A stretch of DNA of 64,000 bases, taken from contig NC_134026.1 of assembly GCF_964204645.1 (NCBI RefSeq), positions 9,695,950-9,759,949 on the forward strand, written 5' to 3'. The stretch is from Tubulanus polymorphus (lineage: Eukaryota > Animalia > Nemertea). Numbering within the stretch: the first letter of the stretch is position 1; each line of letters starts with the position of its first letter. The notes under the pieces are model-generated. The model searched no databases. It saw only the letters and a program-made list of their open reading frames with translations, and had not been told where the DNA came from. The position numbers and the translations under genes were made by a program. Positions 13,116-26,315 of this stretch are shown here, one piece after another.

Positions 13116-15680
13116 TTTTCTTTCATATAGTTAAGAGATGAAGATTTCGCTCCTAATGCTGCTTCTCGTCAGCTGACTTTCAGGGATAGTATTTAATAAA
13201 TTCACGGCAATATTCAATGGTGTTTCCAAGTATGACCACACTTTTTGCATTCCATGGCTCGAGTTAGATTTTGAACCATACAACTCTTTAATTGTGAGAA
13301 AAATTTGTATGATGGCTGCCCTCCTTAAAATTCAATAATAGGGAAACTTAATATTGAGATACAAACGATAATGCATTCAAGGGAGACAATAATCGGTTCC
13401 GGTTAAAATAGATAAAAACGGGTAAAGAGAACATTGCTTGGTTTTGTTGCACTTTAAAAAGTAATTCGGCAAAGTCAGTCAGTTGTTGGAATTTTTCCTA
13501 TGATTTTTTAAAAATACATAACAGTTGAGGGAAATCATATCGTGACTTGCCCGATAACTAACATTTTCCATTAGTGGAGACGTTCATATATATCCCGAAA
13601 TAAAAAAAGCAACCAAACTCCAATGATATGCGGGAAGGCTCCATCTATCCCAAGATGTAACCAACAACTAAAGGGGTATATCTTGTAGTTGACTATGAAA
13701 TTCCGATGTATGCGGGAAAGGTCCTCTCGTTCTATGAAATGAACCGACGCTTGCTGGAAAAAACCAACCACAACATGGATGGCACGGACGGCAGCATGAG
13801 CGAAGCCGAGGATTTCAGCACTTTATCAGTAAGTTTTCCATATCATTCACTCATAAAATTGGGTTCTTCAAGCCTTGAATGCACTAGAGAAAGTATGGAT
13901 GTAGTCGCTATGTATCCTTGGTAGTATAGCATCTTGAAATCTGAGGACTGCATGGTGGACAAGGTGACCCGATCAGTCACGTCAGTCAGTCTGCACTATG
14001 AAATCCCACTAAGAGAAAATATAGATGACAGAATGAGGCCTGTGGACCTATGGGCCTATAAATCTACCCAGCATGTCGACATGTAGCCTCGTAGATAGCA
14101 TTTAAGTCCTAATTCCCCTTATGCAATCGTGTTTTAATTCATCATGCAGTTTAAAGCCTGGTGTAGGTTGGCCTACATAAGGAAATATTTTTTACAGTGT
14201 GGCTGAGGACGAAAAACTATGTTTGGTACAGCCACTATGGATGACATAACACTGTTACAAAAACACATATTGAAAATGGAGTCAGGGGTAACCATTTTAA
14301 CGAATCAAATTGTCCAAGAAAGAAAAGGTTTGGATTCTTTCATGAACGTAACTGATGAGCGCATCGAAAATGCAGTATAAAACAGTATAAAATCAAATCA
14401 TTTACTGGAACTTGCAAAGAACTATAAGAGTTTTACAACTACTTATAATACGGAAAGCAGAGATCTGACAGGCTAGTTTTCATGAATAACACTTTAATGA
14501 ATAGCAGGACTTCCACATTTCATAGATGTGACTCGTGATTCCAAAATTACACTGAATTCGATAGCGATTTCCTGGCTTCATGTCAGGGTCGAGATTTAAA
14601 AATTCGTAAAACGACTAAATTCTTAAATTCCAGAAATAAGCTGTTGTGTGCTTTATTTTGCGATCAACGTGCTAAAATAATGCAATTCTGTGATATAAGA
14701 TATGATAAAAATAGCTTAATGGTAGGTAGCATTGAACTAGCTGATGGCAGCTATCTTTAATCATCCATGGACCATACACGGACGATGCAATGTGCAAATC
14801 GAAGAGTAAAGTCTATCACCACCTTTAAGCATTGTGTCATGAAAGTCCATGCAATCAGAATTCTCTACCAATTTTAAGAAAAAATCACACATGCTCACAA
14901 AATAAGTTGGAGTTATTTGCTTCTAAAACCAACACGCTGAAGAATCTAAGAAATGATTTCTAATTAGCAGACTATATCTCTTCACCTACTTCAGTCGGGA
15001 TGTTTTCAGTACCGACTATCTTATCCCTTATTTCAATAATTTTGTCAGTTAGGCCTAATCTAATTTGTGTAAGGAAAATGACAACCCGAAATTATTTGCC
15101 AGTTGCAGCAGCTGCAGTGGCCCAACATATTCCCATGAAAAAAGCTGTTGTCATTTCGTCAAATAGAACATTTGAATTATTGGTACTAAATCTGCAGTCA
15201 GTAAAACTTTAAAAGAAATAAATATAGACCTTTCTATTGATATGTTCATGATAGTTGCAGTTATTTATTGTTTGGTTCATTATATATATGATGATGTTAG
15301 GTACATATGTTCCCTACTATGGTCCTTTAAATCATTTATTACCTGTCGATCTACAATTGTCATAGAAGTATGAATGGAAGAGATTGTATACTACAACCTC
15401 TACTCGAGATATGCGTGTGTCTGGGGGACATAATTTTGACTATGCCTCCTGCCACTTAAAGCTAGAATTAGCTTTCGGATATTTCTTTAGATGGTGTATC
15501 AGGTTTAAATGGGCTACTGTGGTAAAGGTATCTACTGATTGCAATCAGTTCCCCCTTCCAGAAGAAGTAAGTGTCTGTCCATCTACATTTAAACGTTTCA
15601 AGAAAATGTGCCCTCAAGAAAACGGATTGTGGTTTTATGTCCACCAATATGATCTCTCATTTATCTCTCAAATTTAGTTT

Positions 15681-16013
15681 TAGTTTTTGATCTGGCTGGC
15701 AACAAGGCAACTTGACCGTATTTTCAGATCCTGAAGATCGTCGTCTTACTTGTTTTTATTTTGGACTTTCGAAATAATGCCTTTACTTTCATGGCACCAA
15801 CTTTATGGAATGTCTTACCACAGGAAATTCGTGAAAGTCCAACTGTCTCATGTTTTAAATCACGTTTAAAAACTTTTCATTTTAGAAACCTGTACAATTA
15901 GTGTTTTAATCTGCTTCTGTCTTAAATGTTTTAATAATGTGAAGTGCAATGATTATGTTTTATAGAAATGCGCTTTATAAGTAAATAAATTATTATTATT
16001 TTTATTATTATTA
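15681..16013 (+). mobile_element. L2-type LINE 3' end
   Basis: AFTFMAPTLWNVLPQEIRESPTVSCFKSRLKTF, then a 3' UTR with GTGAAGTGC..TGCGCTTTATAA and a (TTA)n tail. Confidence 0.85.
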
Positions 16014-16027
16014 ATGCGGCAAGCATT

Positions 16028-17950
16028 TGGCGGAGTACCTGGGCACAAACAAATTTGGAAAAACAGAAGATATTTTAAAATGAAGAATAAAACCAAGAAA
16101 ACGAGCAAGTAAGTCAACTTAATTCGACAAAGATGAATGTACCAGTATTTTCAATAGAAAGAGAGAAGGGCCAGGCGAGCAAAGATCAACACCAGCATAT
16201 CGATTTTAGGTCAGACTGATGCAAATTCAGTCTCAAATTTCTGCGTTAGAGACATCGCCTGATAGATTAACATTTAGGCCAGATACCACCTATTCCGGTG
16301 ATGCAGATGAGGATATTAATAGATTTATTCAAGATTTTGAAGAGCGGGTAGAATTTGGGGGTTGGAAAAAATCAAAAGCTCTAGCTGCTAACCCTATGTT
16401 TTTAAAAGGGAAAGCTATGGATCACTACTATTTTCTAAAGTGTAATCCAAAATGTGACGCAGAAGGGAAGAATGTTGAGTATACTTTTGATGAGGTTTGG
16501 AAGAATTCAAAAGAAAGTTCAATACACACAGACACACAGTGGGTAGCTCTACAGCAATTTTACAGTTTAAAGATGATTGAGGGTGAATCAATTGATTGTT
16601 ACATATCTCGGTTGGTTGAGCTGGCAGGGAAATTAGGTAAGGTGGAAAATTATCAATTACAGCCTTTTATTCATGGCCTGCTGCCAAGCACAAAGGCATT
16701 TGTGTTAGGGAAATGTCCAAATTCTATCGACCAGGCGATTAATAATGCCTGTTTGGCGCTTGAATTAGAAAAACTAGTGCCATCACATGCTCAAATTAGA
16801 GCCATAGATTTGGACTTTACTAGGCAGGTAGCTTTGGAAATGGAGGTGAAAGGGTTGAATGATAAACTTTCTCAACTTTTATCACTACAATAAATGACCA
16901 ATTACCAGAGAGACAAAGGGCTATACGGCTTTCTGATGGTCGTCCATATTGTGAAAATTGTTGTACCGCTGGACATACAATGATGAGATGTTGGCAAAAT
17001 CCATCGATAATTTGTCACTATTGTGGCAGACAAGGGCATATAGCCAGACAATGTCGATCTACTGGACAAAAACTATGGATTGCAGCCTCGATACTCGCCA
17101 GCCTATCGTCCACCGCCACGAAAATTCACGGATAGAACACGCCAATTTGGATATACAGCAAGGGGTTATAATCCTATTCCTGCTAGATTTAATTTTGAAA
17201 CAAACTATAGTCTCAGTTTCAACTGAGGGAGTTTTGAACTGGCTATCCACCTAGAGATAGGCCCACTCAGATTAACCAAGTTGATAGGGATGATGTTTCG
17301 GGAGACTAGGTTGGGCCTATGATTATGAGGTAAATCATGGGCTGTAGGCCAACAGTCAGAATATCGGGCATTATAAAAATGAAAACGATTTTTATGAAGT
17401 AGGCCTAAATTATCAACGTACATTTAACCACGAACATAATATTGATCGAGATTTTGACTATGAACCTTATTTTGAGAATGATTATGCAAGTTATGAACTA
17501 GATATGAAAAATGATGATTACTATTTTAACAAACAACTCTCTTAAGTTTATGAACCTATGCTAATGAAGAATGTGGACAGTAGCACTGCCATGAACCATG
17601 AACAAACTGGGAATTTGAGTGAACTCCCTGGGAAACTTGATACTGATTGCTGAGAATAATAGTGAATATTGTGAATTAGAGATGCCATCAGTCGGTAAGG
17701 ATGAGATAATATAGATATAAGTACAGTTTTTTTTACACAACACAGATACAGATTTGCCTAGGGATAGTGCTGAAATGATTTCTAGTGAATGTAGAATTTT
17801 GAAAGATGATGGTTTTAATGAGAAACAATGTCTGCTAAGAAATGAGTTAAATTTGAATGAAGTGAGAATTAAATGGAAGATGCCGATTCTGAGACTGAAC
17901 TCAGAAGATATGAGAAACAATCAAATAGGAATTAATGATTTAGTAGATAT
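16028..17950 (+). mobile_element. Gypsy 5' internal fragment: PBS, gag with two CCHC knuckles, decayed gag-protease spacer
   Basis: TGGCGGAG PBS-like site at 16028. ORF 16219-16893 (YSGDADEDINRFIQDFEER..GW..FLKGKA...FIHGL) is followed after a stop by CENCCTAGHTMMRC and CHYCGRQGHIARQC. Homologous to the gag at 51.2-51.6 kb. Confidence 0.85.
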
Positions 17951-18101
17951 TTAACGTGTTGATAGTAATGAGGAGCCGGTCAGAATGAGCGCCAGATGGA
18001 GCCACTATGCAATCGGATAGACAGTCGCATCAACCGCGTGAACACAAACAGTCTAAGCCGTTTTTTCCGTGTTAGCATCGTTGAAAAGCCATAAATTGAA
18101 T

Positions 18102-18590
18102 ATGGAAGAGAATAATTACACTTGTCAAACCCTCAACAAATTGAAAGAGATACTAAGGAACCGAAATCTGAAAGTTTCTGGGAAAATGAAAGACTTAATT
18201 GAATGGTATTTCTATTTTAAAACGATGCACATGGTAGATTTATTTTATTTCATTTTACTTCCGGGTTCATCACGAACGAAATATTGGGCCTACATCAAGC
18301 TAATTTTAATTTAGAGCATGGATGCAACCTAGTAAATGATATAAATGTTGCAAATTTAATGAAGTATATCCATCGTCTTCTCTTAAGGTCGATTTTACGA
18401 TCAGTTGAATCGCCACGACGAACCCGATGTCGAGTTCTTCATGAATACGCCTGATTACTCGGCATTTAAAGATTTGCATGCCGACAGCAAAGATGCATTT
18501 CCGAAATTTACAGAGATGAGATTCAGTGAGTTCTTGCAGACGAACAACCTGAGCAATTCTGGAAAAGCAGATGAGCTTTACAAGGGAAGG
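18102..18590 (+). pseudogene. SAP-domain gene 5' exons, probably the accessory gene of a DNA transposon
   Basis: YTCQTLNKLKEILRNRNLKVSGKMKDLIE is a SAP motif, followed by a GT donor. A second exon-like block begins after the AG at about 18404 and ends in GTAG. Confidence 0.65.
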
Positions 18591-18678
18591 TAGGAACTAG
18601 TTAAATGTCCTTCCGGATTAAAAAGAAAATCTGTTGTAAAATGTATCTAATATAGTGGTTATTTTTATTCTTTCAGAC

Positions 18679-20484
18679 AAAAGGTTTGGAAGTGGACGAA
18701 AGGTGATTTACCAATCTCCAGTGATTTGCCCGATAATGTTTTCACTTTGAAAGAGCCAGCACGCAATGCACAGATAGCCGTAGATTTGATTATGACCTTG
18801 TTAGGTGAAGAAAGTGTAGAACTAATGACTGTGGAAAGTAATCGAAAGAAACAACAGATAAAAAGGGAACACGTAAAATCCATAAGTGAAGCCGAGATGA
18901 AAAAGTTTGTAGGTATCGTACTTTATATGTCTGTCGTAGACCTCCCTGGACGAAGGCATTAATGGTCGGCAAAATTGAGGCAGCCGGTCGTGGCTGAAAC
19001 CATGTCCGTAAATAGATTCGAAGAGATTATTCACTATTCCATGTTAGCGATAATACATTGGCCAAAAAAAAAGACGAACCTGGTTATGATAGACTGTTCA
19101 AAGTAAGACCTCTTTTGAATATTTTGGCTAATAACTTTAGAGACTGTGCTGAGCCAGAAACTCATATGCCTGAGGATGAACAAATGGTTCCCTTCAAAGG
19201 AAGACACTCGCTAAAAGTATATATGAAAAACAACCCCGTAAATGGGGATATAAAATTTGGGCTTTAGCGGGCCAATCTGGCTATTTGTATGAATTCATTG
19301 TGTATGGTGACAATCTTCACCAAAGTAACCCAGTACCCAACATTGGTAAGAGTGGTCAGGTTGTCGTTGATTTATCCATTGGCCTGCCAGATAATACTCA
19401 CTTGTATTTTGATAATTATTTTGCCTCCATAGACCTTTTGGTGTACCTGAAAAGCCAAAACCTCTATGCCACTTGCACAATTCGAAAGAATCGTCGTGGT
19501 AACTGTCCACTAAAAAATGGAGAAAGAGATGCAAAAGGCTGGTAGAGGCCAATGTGACTACCAGACCACCGAAAATGTAGTCTGTCAGTGGTTTGATAAT
19601 AAAGTTGTGTCTGTCGCATCTAACAAGGTATCAGTAAATCCAAAACAGGCGGTCAGGAGGTTTTCTCGGAAAGAGAGAAAATATATTGAAGTCGATTGTC
19701 CTAGTTTGATAATAGCGTATAACAAATGCATGGGGGGAGTAGAAAAGTGCGACATGCTTTTAGCACTCTACAGAATTCATATGAAAAGTAGGAAATGGTA
19801 TCACCATGTAATCTTCAACTTCATTGATCTCTGTGTCGTCAATGCGTGGACATTATTCATAGCTAAAACTGGCAGGAAGTATCCCGCCTTTCACTTCAAA
19901 TTAGATATTGCCTGCTGGATGATGCAATGTATTGAAAATCCACAGCCTCAGCGTAGATAGACAACCCTTGCAGCTTGATGCCCGCAGTAACAGAAACTTA
20001 TCTGACTATATAAGGTTGGATGGGGTAGGGCATTTGCCAAGGCAGTTGGCGTTGGTCACAAAAAGATGTTAAATGAGCCAATGCAGCCGTAGATCGAAAT
20101 TCATGTGTGTAAAATGTCAGGTATACCTTTGCATCGACAATAAATCTGACTGTTTTTTCAAGTTTCATACTGTTGAGTAAACCCACTGTAAAAGTTCCAT
20201 GGATGTGAACTAACTGGCCTATATGTATTTAGAAGTTTTCACATTGATGTAGGACTCATGAAATAAAAATGACAGGCACTGAATAAATCATATTGTGTTT
20301 ATCCATATTTGAGGATTCCGTTGTCTCGGTGCATGAGGGTCATAAGATTAACCATCCCAAATTTACAGAAAGTTGGCCCGGGTGACAAAAATTTCACCAT
20401 TTTTGTCTTATATGATCCCATTGTACCCCAAATCTAGATTTATAGAAAAATCAAAGGTGATAAAAGCTGTCATGCAATAAAGGG
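18679..20484 (+). mobile_element. piggyBac (PGBD3-like) element, decayed transposase and right end
   Basis: DRLFKVRPL...DEQMVPFKGRHSLKVYM, YFDNYFAS, YNKCMGGVEKCD, NAW and the terminal CRD (GHLP..RC..C..CVKCQVYLC..CFFKFH). Ends in AAAGGG at 20484, with the TTAA not intact. Confidence 0.9.
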
Positions 20485-21445
20485 ATATCATCTCACTAAG
20501 AGCACACACGCGAAAACTTTTTTTTATAGTTTTTGATCTGGTTGGCAACAAGGCAACTTGACCGTATTTTTAGGTCCTGAAGATCATTGTCTTACTTGTT
20601 TCTATTTTGGACTTTCGGAATAAGGCGGCGAGCACCATACTATCTACTCAAACAGTTCCATGGCTATGAGACCACTATTACATAGTGAATATCAACTTAA
20701 TCCCGCTTTTCTAGCTTATGACTAACGGCTTAGCTTAACGTTCGAAAACACACGTTAATGGGGTAGGGTGTTACTTGGAATGGATTATCCTCTTATTAAA
20801 TTCATATTGAATAAAAAGAAGGGAATTGTTCGGAAATCCCTCAGTGGATTTGTAGGGAGGCTAATACTGAGCCTGACGGGCACATCACAAGACGTGCTTT
20901 TGAGAACGTAATTCCACATGAGGCTGTGGAAAATCCATGGTGATATTTAGATCAGGAAATGCGAGTGTAAATAGTGAGTTGTTTCGAGATGTGTAGGCAG
21001 CGTAAGAACATAGTTGCAGCGGTGGGATCTTCACCGATAGCCAAAATAAATCTTATCGTATTTGTGATAAATGCTTGACAAGGAATTCGATGTTTGTTGT
21101 TGGTGGCTACAAATATTTCTTGAAATTTTGACAATCATTGTTGCCAGTGGTCGTACAAATAAAAGCCGAAAATTCGATATTTATAATAATTGTAGAACAG
21201 ATGACACTTTCATTATATTGTTGTAATTGAATTTCAATTTTTTCATATTCTTTTCTTTCATTGATTTGGTATTTGAATATAATTTGTAATTATAGGTTAA
21301 ATACCTGAAAAGATGTAGATGAACTTAAGGATGTAATGGCAACAATTGATATGTAATGCTTAAGATGTAATGGTAATAATTGATATGTAATGGTAATAAT
21401 CGATATGTGATCATGTGATATGTAATGCTTAAGTCTTAATTGTAA

Positions 21446-22165
21446 TCTATACTATAAGCGGCAAAGCGTCTTAACTTTGTAAAGGGGCAATCTCTGCTTG
21501 TGTGGCTTTGATAATGCAGTCCGAAAAAAAAGACACCAGTAAGTTAGATACTGATGCAATAGCCGAAACCAGGCTATGAGTGAAAAACTTTTGCACTGAT
21601 ATCAAAGAGTAACTGGGGCAGCTGCATACTGACTGCAGAGTAACTGTTGCAAAACTGATAACACTGAATGCAAGATTCAGTTCTCCGTCAAAAAATTACC
21701 TGGCAAAGTCCATGCCACTTAAAAACAAAAGGGCAGAAGAAGAAAGCACCGAAACCTCTGCTACTGCTAAAGCGGAGATGATGCCAGTCTCTCCAATGCA
21801 CTGGATGCATCGCAGGCTGATAAGCCACCGCAGCTGGTTCATTCAGAATAAAAATAAATGGATGTATGCCAAACTGAACATGCGACGGAAAAGGAGGCAA
21901 TGGCATTAATCGACTCAGAATAGATGTGCTTTTCTGGTAATCTGTTATTAAATCTAACTAAATTCTTTCATTTCTTTCATTGCAGAATTCAATTTAATAA
22001 ATTTTTTATTGGTCTCTCTAAAAATGCATCTGAAGAAATATGCTTCGGGTGGAAGCAGCCCCAAAACGAAACGTGTCCAGCACTGTACACTGTATTAAAA
22101 AAAATTGTGCAAGAAAGTCGACTTCGTCACTTTCGTTGGGGCGAATACCATGGAGGTGAGTAGCC
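21446..22165 (+). mobile_element. Helitron 5' end fragment
   Basis: A^TCTATACTATAAGCGGCAAAGCGTCTTAACTTTGTAA is nearly identical to the 5' end of the Helitron at 26316. The 3' extent is uncertain. Confidence 0.7.
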
Positions 22166-24724
22166 ATTGATTGTGTAAATAAGTCACATTTACAATTGTC
22201 GTTAATATTTAATCATGTCTTTTTCTACAATTAGCTATTACTTGAGTCGCAAGAAGATACGAAAATATGCAACGGCATTTTGTCTGTTGTGGCTGATGTG
22301 TCGAAAGAAATGCAGCACGTGTCTTCGAAATAATTGCCACGCCGTTAGTTCATGACTTTTTGTACTTTTTTGCTTTTGTGCACATTGGACTATGTTATGT
22401 TTGGCATTTGTGCACATTGAACTTGATGAAATTTTGATTGTTTGCAGTAACAGACATTAACCAAAATATTCCAACAGCACTTGCTTGACTCGAGCGGCAT
22501 TAATCTGATGGGAACGAGGATTGTAAGTAACATATTCCATTGTAGGAACAAACTTTATTGTATTACACTTGAACACAATATGTGGCACACATTTTCAGTG
22601 ATGGAGCGAAAGGGAAATAAGATGCTCCAAAACAAAGTGATCGGTACAGGAATTTAATGCGACTCTAAGGCCTTCTCATTTCATGTTTTGATCTAATAAC
22701 CCATTGAAGTTTTATGTTTGTAGGTTAGTTTGTTTAGTGTTTGCAGCTTGTATTTGCGAATACCCACATATTGCATTGTAGAAATCAATAAAGATTACAT
22801 TAAAGGACACCTGAACACTTAGAATTTTTTCTAGATATCAAAGATAATGTTATTTCTAATTTGAAAATCAATAATTAGATTTAAAGTATTAAGTTAAGAG
22901 TTCATGCAGAATCATGCATAGTTAACTTCTATTGGATTAGATCAATGTGCATTTAAGATGGGCTGAATTGGGCACTCAAAGCTTTGTACCTCATTCCTTA
23001 TGTACACTTTGCCCCTGTTGCTTGGGAACAAGCACTAGGTACTAAAAGTAGTTTCGGATGATTTCAGAATTGATTCATTTTGTGATATTTAGAACAAGAT
23101 TAGGTCGTTAGATAGTTTAACAATGAACCGCGTTGATCGAACGAGTTGAAAATAGCTGAAATTCCCTTAGCAACCAGAGCGAACTCATAATAACAAACGC
23201 GCCCGGTTTTGCAACGCGCACGGGTTCGAATCCCGCGGAACGCTCTCGCGCACGTCAACCCCAGCCGCAGGACTGAAACGTAATTAGGGTTTTCTGTTAC
23301 ATCACAGAAAACCCTATTGAGATTCGCGTGTTTCTTAGGCCTATTATTATTATTATTTTTTTCCACACTTTTTTTGTCAAAAGTACATAGGTTTTTTTAC
23401 ATTACCGCTGTTGCCGATACAATCCGTCTGATATCATTCATTTCACTTCGATCTACAAATACTCCGTGCGAATTTTGAAGAATCAACGTTACAAAAGCAC
23501 TGTCGGGCCGTAAACATCAAAAATTGAGCCCCATTCAAAGAGCCGACATGTTTTTCTAAATCGTCTTTACGAAATCTACCGCACGTTTCTTGTCACGTCG
23601 ATTATCAATTCAAGCATAAATTAACAAATTTATTACCTAGAGATTACATAGTCTGTCGCAGTTTTTAAAAACTAATTTTAACAATAGCCCATTTTCCTCA
23701 TCAAATCATATTACCGATATACAGGAAATTTACAACTTTAGATTTTAAAAGCACTGTCGAGCCGTAAACATCGACGAATCGACGTGTGTCCCTACATCGT
23801 CGTTCAGGGGATCAGCTGCGAGTTTCTCATCATGAGAATCGATTCGAGTACAAATTAATTTATTACTACCAGTGATTTGGTTGCGGGCTTCAAGCAGTTA
23901 GTTTAACAATACCTATTTTTCTTTCAATACCAAATTAACCGTGTATTTACTAAGATAATCATAAGTATACCGGGGAGTCGTAGGCCTAAACGAAACACGC
24001 CGAAGAGATATAGCTGAGAAAAGCTGTTATGTCGACGAGCTATCAAAATAAAAGAATATATTACTTTATTCGGCCGTGGGCTTCAACCTCTATATCAATA
24101 CCATCAATACTCGATATTTCCTACAGTACATACCGATCATTGTCAAATGAACAAGGTATTCACTAAATACAAGTATATAACAAACTCCTTTCCGTATGCT
24201 GGACTCGTCACATTCGGAGTAAGCGTTCGCTGTGGGGGAAAGGAGATCGTTCGCTGTGTCGCTTGAAGTGTTTATCGAGTTTTACGTGGCTTTAGGCATA
24301 CCGGTACTGAGCTTTACTGTCTCAAACAAACACAGTATAATTGTTGCGTTTATTAACGGACTCATTGGATTGAACTTCAAAACAAAATTTACAATATTTA
24401 GGTGGGTTGTTATTCAATAGGCCTACGACCAATCTGTCCGGATGTTAGGCCTACGCATATACATAGGCCTACATAGGCTAGTAGCCTCTACTAGGTTAAA
24501 GCTAAGTTCACTGTAAAGGAGGAATCAGATTTATTAAAATGCATGTTAATTAGTGATTAACTGGTTGTGATTTGCAACTATCAATCACAATTATCAATTT
24601 TATTGCCAAAAATGAAGATTTTTTTGAAAATTTCGTCTGAGCAGACAGCTTTATGAGCCAGACTTTTCATTTGAGTTTTTTCATCATAAATGAAACTGGT
24701 ATTTCATTAATTCCTAATGACTTA

Positions 24725-25605
24725 AGCAGGGCTTAAGTCGACCTTGCGACGGCTTGTGACTCACTGCGATGCCAATCACAGCGACCGCCAGTGACGATTG
24801 TGTCGCAACGACTCATCGACCTACGCTCCCTTGCGACGGGTTGCGACTTTCAGCAACGCCAGTCACAAGAGTCGCATGTGTTCTACTTTCTGCAACGCGA
24901 CACGACTGTCACAACCAACCGACGCGCTCTTGCGACTGGCAGAAACTAGTCGCACACAATCGTATCACAACCGACTTGAACCGAAATTTGCGATGCGACA
25001 CGATAAGCAGGGCGTAGGTCGGCCTTGCGACGGCTTGTGACTCACTGCGACGCCAATCACTGCGACCGCCAGCGACGATTGTGTCGCCACGACTCATCGA
25101 CCTACGCTCCCTTGCGACGGGTTGCGACTTTCAGCAGCGCCAGTCACAAGGAGTCGCACGTGTTCTACTTTCTGCGACGCGACACGACTGTCACAACCAA
25201 CAGACGCACTCTTGCGACTGGCAGAAACTAGTCGCACACAATCGTATCGCAACCGACTTGAACCGAAACTTGCGATGCGACACGATAAGCTGGGTGTAGT
25301 TCGGCCTTGCGACGGCTTGTGACTCACTGCGACGCCAATCACTGCGACCGCCAGCGACGATTGTGTCGCCACAACTCATCGACCTACACTCCCTTGCGAC
25401 GGGTTGCGACTTTCGGCAACGCCAGTCACAAGGAGTCGCACGTGTTCTACTTTCTGTGACGCGACACGACTGTCACAACCAACCGACACGCTCTTGCGAC
25501 TGGCAGAAACTAGTCGCACACAATCGTATCGCAACCGACTTGCATCGAAACTTGCGATGCAACGCGAGGATCGCATCGTGTCACAAGACCAACCTACGTC
25601 CGGCT
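24725..25605. mobile_element. PIF/Harbinger-type MITE containing three tandem 281-282 bp units
   Basis: TTA target duplication (24722-24724 and 25606-25608). Units start at 24725, 25006 and 25288, each with the left TIR (AGCAGGGCGTAGGTCGGCCTTGCGAC). A single right TIR (GTCACAAGACCAACCTACGTCCGGCT) closes the array. Confidence 0.85.
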
Positions 25606-26315
25606 TTAAGTTACTGCGGAGCACCAGAAATATCTTTTTTTTCGTTCAAAAGACCTTTCGCTTGAAAATTCTTTCATCGGAACAAAATTTATTTCGTTCG
25701 AACCAATAATATTCTATTCGATTGAACCAATTTGAAAAAAATCGTTAGAACAAAGTTGAACAAACTGCGTTTCAATGCATCTTCCATTTTTTCTCTTAGG
25801 TATACCGTAATTAAAAAAATTCAATCTAGGTCATTATCATTACAATAATTTCTAAATTAACAACCAGTGCAAAATTCTTCAATTTTGCAAAAGACCGGTC
25901 TCAGAGTTTCACCTTCAAAATGTCGGTCTCTCAAGTTTCAGTTTCATTGACAACAATTAATTTTCTCTGTCCCTAGTCAGCAATGACTTAATATTTTGAG
26001 TGTTTTCGTTTGCACTCCTTTATATGTGAACGAGGTTGATTTCGAATCCCTATGAATTCCTAGTACGAAAAATTAAATCAAGCTGTGACGAAGCGTCCGT
26101 CACTTAGATTTCATCTAGGCCTAGGGCCTATAACATATTAATGGGTGTATTCAAATCAATTTGCAATATAGACCTGACTGACACACCTTGACAATCATGG
26201 TTGATTCATTTCAATAATTATGTAGTGAAAAAAATAATTTCAGCTGAAATTTTATCAATATTTCTCAATATTTCACAATTTTTCTTGTTGTACCATGGAA
26301 ACCAAATAATAATAA

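Noticed and set aside
13706-13924. Possible host first exon (ATGGATGGC...GTAAG)
   Set aside because: Short, with no recognisable homology or downstream exons.
23200-23245. GGTTCGAATCC B-box suggesting a tRNA or SINE (similar reverse motif at about 60123)
   Set aside because: No A-box at proper spacing and no cloverleaf or acceptor stem could be built.
22800-24600. TTAA-AGG start suggesting a Kolobok element, with a ~26-bp direct repeat at about 23493 and 23746
   Set aside because: No matching right terminus or coding remnant was found, so it is left unassigned.
24769-25709. Cluster of overlapping repeated ORFs; possible CRISPR-like array
   Set aside because: Products of a GC-rich 282-bp tandem MITE. 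There are no unique spacers and no cas genes, and the context is eukaryotic.
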